From a virus: 16,667 bases of DNA. A program made the position numbers and the translations under genes. The DNA is taken from the IMG/VR virus record IMGVR_UViG_3300017978_000044, positions 1 to 16,667 of that record; one strand, given 5' to 3'. Shown here piece after piece: positions 14,511-16,667 of this stretch (position 1 is its first letter; each line of letters starts with the position of its first letter). The notes under the pieces are model-generated. The model saw only the letters and a program-made list of their open reading frames with translations, was not told the DNA's origin and made no database searches.

Positions 14511-14728
14511 TAGCGAGTTAGCAACTTCTCCAACGGGTCAACTTCGGTCCTGCTGGCTCCCATAGATCGCTGAAGCTCGAGCACAGTCTTCCGAAGTTCG
14601 GCTGCGGTGCTGGTATTGGCTTGCTGGTCGAACGACTTAGCCAGCTGGAGGCATAGACCGGACAACACTCGTTGCTCAACATTAAGCTCCAGGGTATCAA
14701 GCCAGTTCTGTATTGATTCAGTAATCAC
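14510..14728 (-). CDS. terS: Terminase small subunit candidate
   Basis: 72 aa, helical, GTG start, coupled to terL and the first gene after the non-coding cos-type gap. Assigned mainly by position. Confidence 0.5.
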   Translation of the reverse strand: MITESIQNWLDTLELNVEQRVLSGLCLQLAKSFDQQANTSTAAELRKTVLELQRSMGASRTEVDPLEKLLTR

Positions 14729-14764
14729 TTGGTCTCAACTTCCGAATAATTTGGCTGGTTTGTG

Positions 14765-14799
14765 AAAAAGAAAATGCTTGCGCGGGATGCCGGAGCATT
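14765..14799 (-). terminator. Imperfect hairpin plus U-rich tract; candidate intrinsic terminator ending the HNH transcription unit
   Basis: The minus-strand RNA reads AAUGCU-C-CGG-CAUC-CCG-CGCA-AGCAUU, followed by UUCUUUUU. The outer 6-bp stem is at 14773..14778 / 14794..14799 and the inner 3-bp stem at 14783..14785 / 14790..14792. Confidence 0.35.
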
Positions 14800-14984
14800 C
14801 ACAGAAAAAAACACTTTCATTTTTTATTTTGATTTCTTTGATAGTACACCGTCTATGCTGGCCTTGATTGATGGATGCCAATGGGTTCTCCAACTAAGTC
14901 TGATCCATAGGAGCTGGGCCCTCCACCCGTAGGGTATGTAAGTTGCTCGATGTTTAGCTCTTCTTCTTTTCTTTAGCAGCCTAG

Positions 14985-15031
14985 GTGCAGGGTCCCCCCA
15001 ATACTTACCCCTCCCCGTCTTTACCTGGGGG
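14985..15031. other. C/G-tract cluster directly after the HNH stop; candidate cos cleavage region
   Basis: The plus strand has cccccc (14994..14999), cccctcccc (15008..15016) and ggggg (15027..15031). It lies between the HNH and terminase genes, where HK97-like cos phages place cos. The exact ends cannot be read from sequence alone. Confidence 0.25.
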
Positions 15032-15286
15032 CTATTGGTATCTTGGGTTGCGCCAAGTGACACGCTGCAGCACCCGGTCTCGCTTCCTTCCATTACAGGC
15101 TCTGCACATTGATTGCAGGTTGTTGATGTCATGGTTAGGTTCTCCCTCTCCTGGTGGGATGATGTGGTCAATGGTCCAGTCATCAGCTATCAGCTCTTTC
15201 GCACACGATACACAGATCGGCTCCAAAACAGTCTTGGCATAAGTCCTCGCCTTGATCCATGCGGTTGATTGATGCCAGCTTGCCAT
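15032..15286 (-). CDS. HNH endonuclease (terminase-associated type)
   Basis: 84 aa. Motifs: W..AR ... CVSCAKE ... IDHIIPPGEGEPNHDINNLQSMCRACNGRK, i.e. CxxC plus the H-N-H core plus CxxC. GAGAGGA lies 7 nt upstream of the ATG. It is the last gene before the non-coding gap and the terminase genes. Confidence 0.9.
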   Translation of the reverse strand: MASWHQSTAWIKARTYAKTVLEPICVSCAKELIADDWTIDHIIPPGEGEPNHDINNLQSMCRACNGRKRDRVLQRVTWRNPRYQ

Positions 15287-15527
15287 CAGCTAGTCCTCTC
15301 AGTTGTTTTGCATCTTGTAGTTTCCAATAGGTTAGCTCCTTGATTATCTCTTCACCGGTCAAGATGTCACCTAGTGAGTAGTGAGCCTCGAGGAACTCAA
15401 TCACCTGGTTGCGAGCGTATCTAACTCCATTGAGGAATCCATCAGAGTAGATGCTTGCTTTGTGTTTGCTAATCAACTTGTCTGCCTCTTCCTGAGCCTT
15501 GAGCTCCTTAGTTCCCCATGGGGTCAT
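15183..15527 (-). CDS. Hypothetical protein; paralogue of the upstream 80-aa gene, with its 3' end overprinted on the HNH gene
   Basis: 114 aa, ATG preceded by AAGGAGA. The last 104 nt (15183..15286) overlap the HNH gene in another frame. Confidence 0.55.
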   Translation of the reverse strand: MTPWGTKELKAQEEADKLISKHKASIYSDGFLNGVRYARNQVIEFLEAHYSLGDILTGEEIIKELTYWKLQDAKQLRGLADGKLASINRMDQGEDLCQDCFGADLCIVCERADS

Positions 15528-15750
15528 TAGCTGTCTCCTTTATTAGCTTTAGAGTGCTGTCAATTACCCAACAGCTTGAGTGCTCGCATGAGCCTTCGGT
15601 TGAATACTCCCAGCAGATTTGCCGGTCAATCTCTCTGATGATTCTGTTGCGCTCGATGGTTCGGCCTTCAGTTACGCCTAGGTTGAATCCCAGAATTGAG
15701 AGCTCTGTGATGTGGTCTTTGTGTTTGTTTACGATCTTGTCAAAGTCCAT
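15508..15750 (-). CDS. Hypothetical protein (paralogue of the 114-aa gene)
   Basis: 80 aa. Its ATG overlaps the stop of the 44-codon ORF (TAATG). It shares DK(I/L)(V/I)xKHK ... GFxxGV ... RNxxI with the next gene. Confidence 0.55.
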   Translation of the reverse strand: MDFDKIVNKHKDHITELSILGFNLGVTEGRTIERNRIIREIDRQICWEYSTEGSCEHSSCWVIDSTLKLIKETANDPMGN

Positions 15751-15884
15751 TAGTTTCTACTCCAATCAGCCTTTAGAAACATGATTGCAGCGAATAGGGC
15801 TAGTAGCCCAAGGACAGGCTCACCGACTATAAAGCCAGCGAATGATGCCAGGATGACTACAGCTGATGCCATAGTTATTCTCAT
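15750..15884 (-). CDS. Small hydrophobic membrane peptide (44 aa; not in the supplied ORF track)
   Basis: Hand translation gives MRITMASAVVILASFAGFIVGEPVLGLLALFAAIMFLKADWSRN, with the stop overlapping the next gene's ATG. The start is uncertain (ATG 15884 or 15872) and neither has a good SD. Confidence 0.4.
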   Translation of the reverse strand: MRITMASAVVILASFAGFIVGEPVLGLLALFAAIMFLKADWSRN

Positions 15885-15921
15885 TATGTTTAGCAATTTG
15901 ATGCCTTTCTGTGTGTGGTAT

Positions 15922-15951
15922 GTCTATTATGACTTTGGTCTATCGGTCTAT
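15922..15951. repeat. Three GTCTAT hexamers within 30 bp in the intergenic region
   Basis: GTCTAT occurs at 15922..15927, 15938..15943 and 15946..15951. GACTTTG occurs at 15931..15937 and 15964..15970. Confidence 0.6.
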
Positions 15952-15985
15952 GTGGTTTATCCCGACTTTGTTATCAAACTGTTAT
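15944..15985. repeat. Two-part dispersed repeat, copy B (cggtctat - 17 nt - tgttatcaaactgttat)
   Basis: cggtctat at 15944..15951 and the 17-mer at 15969..15985 are both identical to copy A. The exonuclease stop codon (15982..15984) lies inside the 17-mer. Confidence 0.85.
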
Positions 15986-16667
15986 TTGTAGATTCCCCTG
16001 GAGATTAGCTCTCCTTTGTGATGCGCTCCACAGTCATAGCAGAGGTATTTCCTGTATCTTCCAGTTCCGGTCATTCTTGATCCATTGGGCCTGACATTCC
16101 CTTGGCCACAATTCTTGCAATTCTCAGGCTTTCCTTCGCTTGCTCCAACATGAGGATGATTAGTTATCCAAGGCTTGAGGATGTCGTATAGATCCAGGAG
16201 AAGGTTTACATCCTGAATCTGGTATTCCTTCATGTTCTTCCAGGCTTTAGCATTACCGGCCATACAGTCAAGCCAGAGTTGAAATCCAGAGTGTTTGACC
16301 TTAGCTCCGACTCCTAGCTTCTGGGCTACATAGTCGAGCTTGTTGCTTGGGAACTTGAACTGAGACCGGACAACTTTCATTAAATCTAGTTCTATCCAAG
16401 GGCTAGGTGGTAAGTAGCCGTTCTCGATGAACTCGCGCTTGATGTGCTTTGAGTCAAAGGCTGCGCTATTCCATCCGATTAGGACATCAGCTTCATCCAT
16501 GACTTTATGTAATTCGTCCAACATGGCTTCTTTCCCATGATGGTGAACTGACTTGAAGATTACCTTGTCACTTCCAAGCCATCGAGCTCCCCAGCAGATT
16601 ACTTCTGTTGAGCGCTCTATCTGTGTGATTGCTATGTTCTGATCCCAGAGTCCCCATACATGAGCCA
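15982..16667 (-). CDS. PolB-exonuclease-like 3'-5' exonuclease with C-terminal zinc ribbon; runs off the right edge, with its 5' end at 1..95
   Basis: The frame stays open upstream of the listed Met as far as the window edge (AHVWGLWDQNIAITQIERSTEVICWGARWLGSDKVIFKSVHHHGKEA-MLDELH...). Motifs: ADVLIGWNSAAFD, SNKLDYVAQKLGVGAK, YQIQDVNLLLDLY (Yx3D), then CKNC-x22-CYDC. Confidence 0.8.
   Translation of the reverse strand, partial: AHVWGLWDQNIAITQIERSTEVICWGARWLGSDKVIFKSVHHHGKEAMLDELHKVMDEADVLIGWNSAAFDSKHIKREFIENGYLPPSPWIELDLMKVVRSQFKFPSNKLDYVAQKLGVGAKVKHSGFQLWLDCMAGNAKAWKNMKEYQIQDVNLLLDLYDILKPWITNHPHVGASEGKPENCKNCGQGNVRPNGSRMTGTGRYRKYLCYDCGAHHKGELISRGIYK
16613..16667. repeat. Terminal 55-bp direct repeat, right copy
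   Basis: Identical to 1..55. Confidence 0.9.

Noticed and set aside
14985-15031. G-quadruplex on the coding strand (GGGGAGGGG ... GGGGGG).
   Set aside because: There are only three usable G-tracts within normal loop limits. The six-G run cannot supply two G3 tracts plus a loop, so a canonical three-tetrad quadruplex is not supported.
14824-15183. 119-aa minus-strand ORF spanning the cos-type gap and part of the HNH gene.
   Set aside because: It overlaps the HNH gene out of frame. The rest runs through homopolymer tracts and the A/T block. The product is Arg/Lys/Trp-rich with no motif, and there is no SD.
15944-15985. Copy B of the two-part repeat read as a relic of a duplicated rusA 3' end, because the frame after the exonuclease stop reads QFDNKVGINHIDR* and rusA ends PFDNSLITEGVSPIDR...
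   Set aside because: When the two DNA copies are aligned on the shared 17-mer, the FDN codons come from non-equivalent halves of the tandem motif, and the aligned copies are in different frames. The peptide resemblance is a by-product of the DNA repeat and not evidence of a gene remnant.
15781-16008. 75-aa plus-strand ORF in the intergenic region.
   Set aside because: It would be the only plus-strand gene. It overlaps the exonuclease 3' end and the better-supported 44-codon minus-strand membrane ORF, and it has no start signals.
1-16667. Searched for lysogeny functions, tRNAs, CRISPR arrays, a WhiB-like gene, a diversity-generating retroelement, or a defence/anti-defence operon.
   Set aside because: I found no integrase or repressor-like ORF, no reverse transcriptase, no cloverleaf-compatible segment in the three non-coding gaps, no spaced identical repeats, and no Cys pattern of WhiB type. 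The small unknown genes are the only place such functions could be hiding, and the sequence alone gives no positive evidence for them.

Overview
The window is a complete, circularly permuted genome of a very small tailed dsDNA phage. Bases 1-55 are identical to 16613-16667, so the unique length is 16,612 bp. This repeat falls inside a gene, so it is more likely an assembler overlap than a biological terminal repeat. Every convincing gene is on the minus strand, and most are translationally coupled through ATGA, TAATG or GTGA overlaps.

Gene order in the direction of transcription (descending coordinates):
- HNH endonuclease
- a 303-nt non-coding gap (probable cos region plus a terminator-like hairpin)
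- small and large terminase, then portal
- prohead protease fused in frame to an HK97-fold major capsid protein
- connector proteins and tail tube
- G/GT tail chaperone pair with an A AAA AAA -1 slippery site, then tape measure
- minor tail and fibre proteins, including a six-repeat Kelch-like beta-propeller
- lysis cassette: membrane protein, M23 peptidase, 2-TM holin
- YqaJ-type exonuclease plus a small annealing-protein candidate
- a strong hairpin
- a winged-HTH putative initiator, then SSB and RusA
- a PolB-exo-like 3'-5' exonuclease that spans the window junction
- three small unknown genes

I found no integrase, repressor, DNA polymerase, helicase, primase, tRNA or CRISPR array.

The signals the gene list does not explain are:
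1. Four C-rich iterons spaced exactly 22 bp apart and out of phase with the overlying reading frame, next to an AT-rich tract. This is a candidate lambda-style origin.
2. A two-part repeat of about 40 bp that brackets the exonuclease gene.
3. A 104-nt two-frame overlap between the HNH gene and the gene upstream of it.
4. A tandem pair of small paralogues.
5. A 44-codon membrane ORF that is absent from the ORF track.

I see no multi-gene defence or anti-defence system that I can support. All functional calls rest on motif recognition by eye and need a profile search to confirm.
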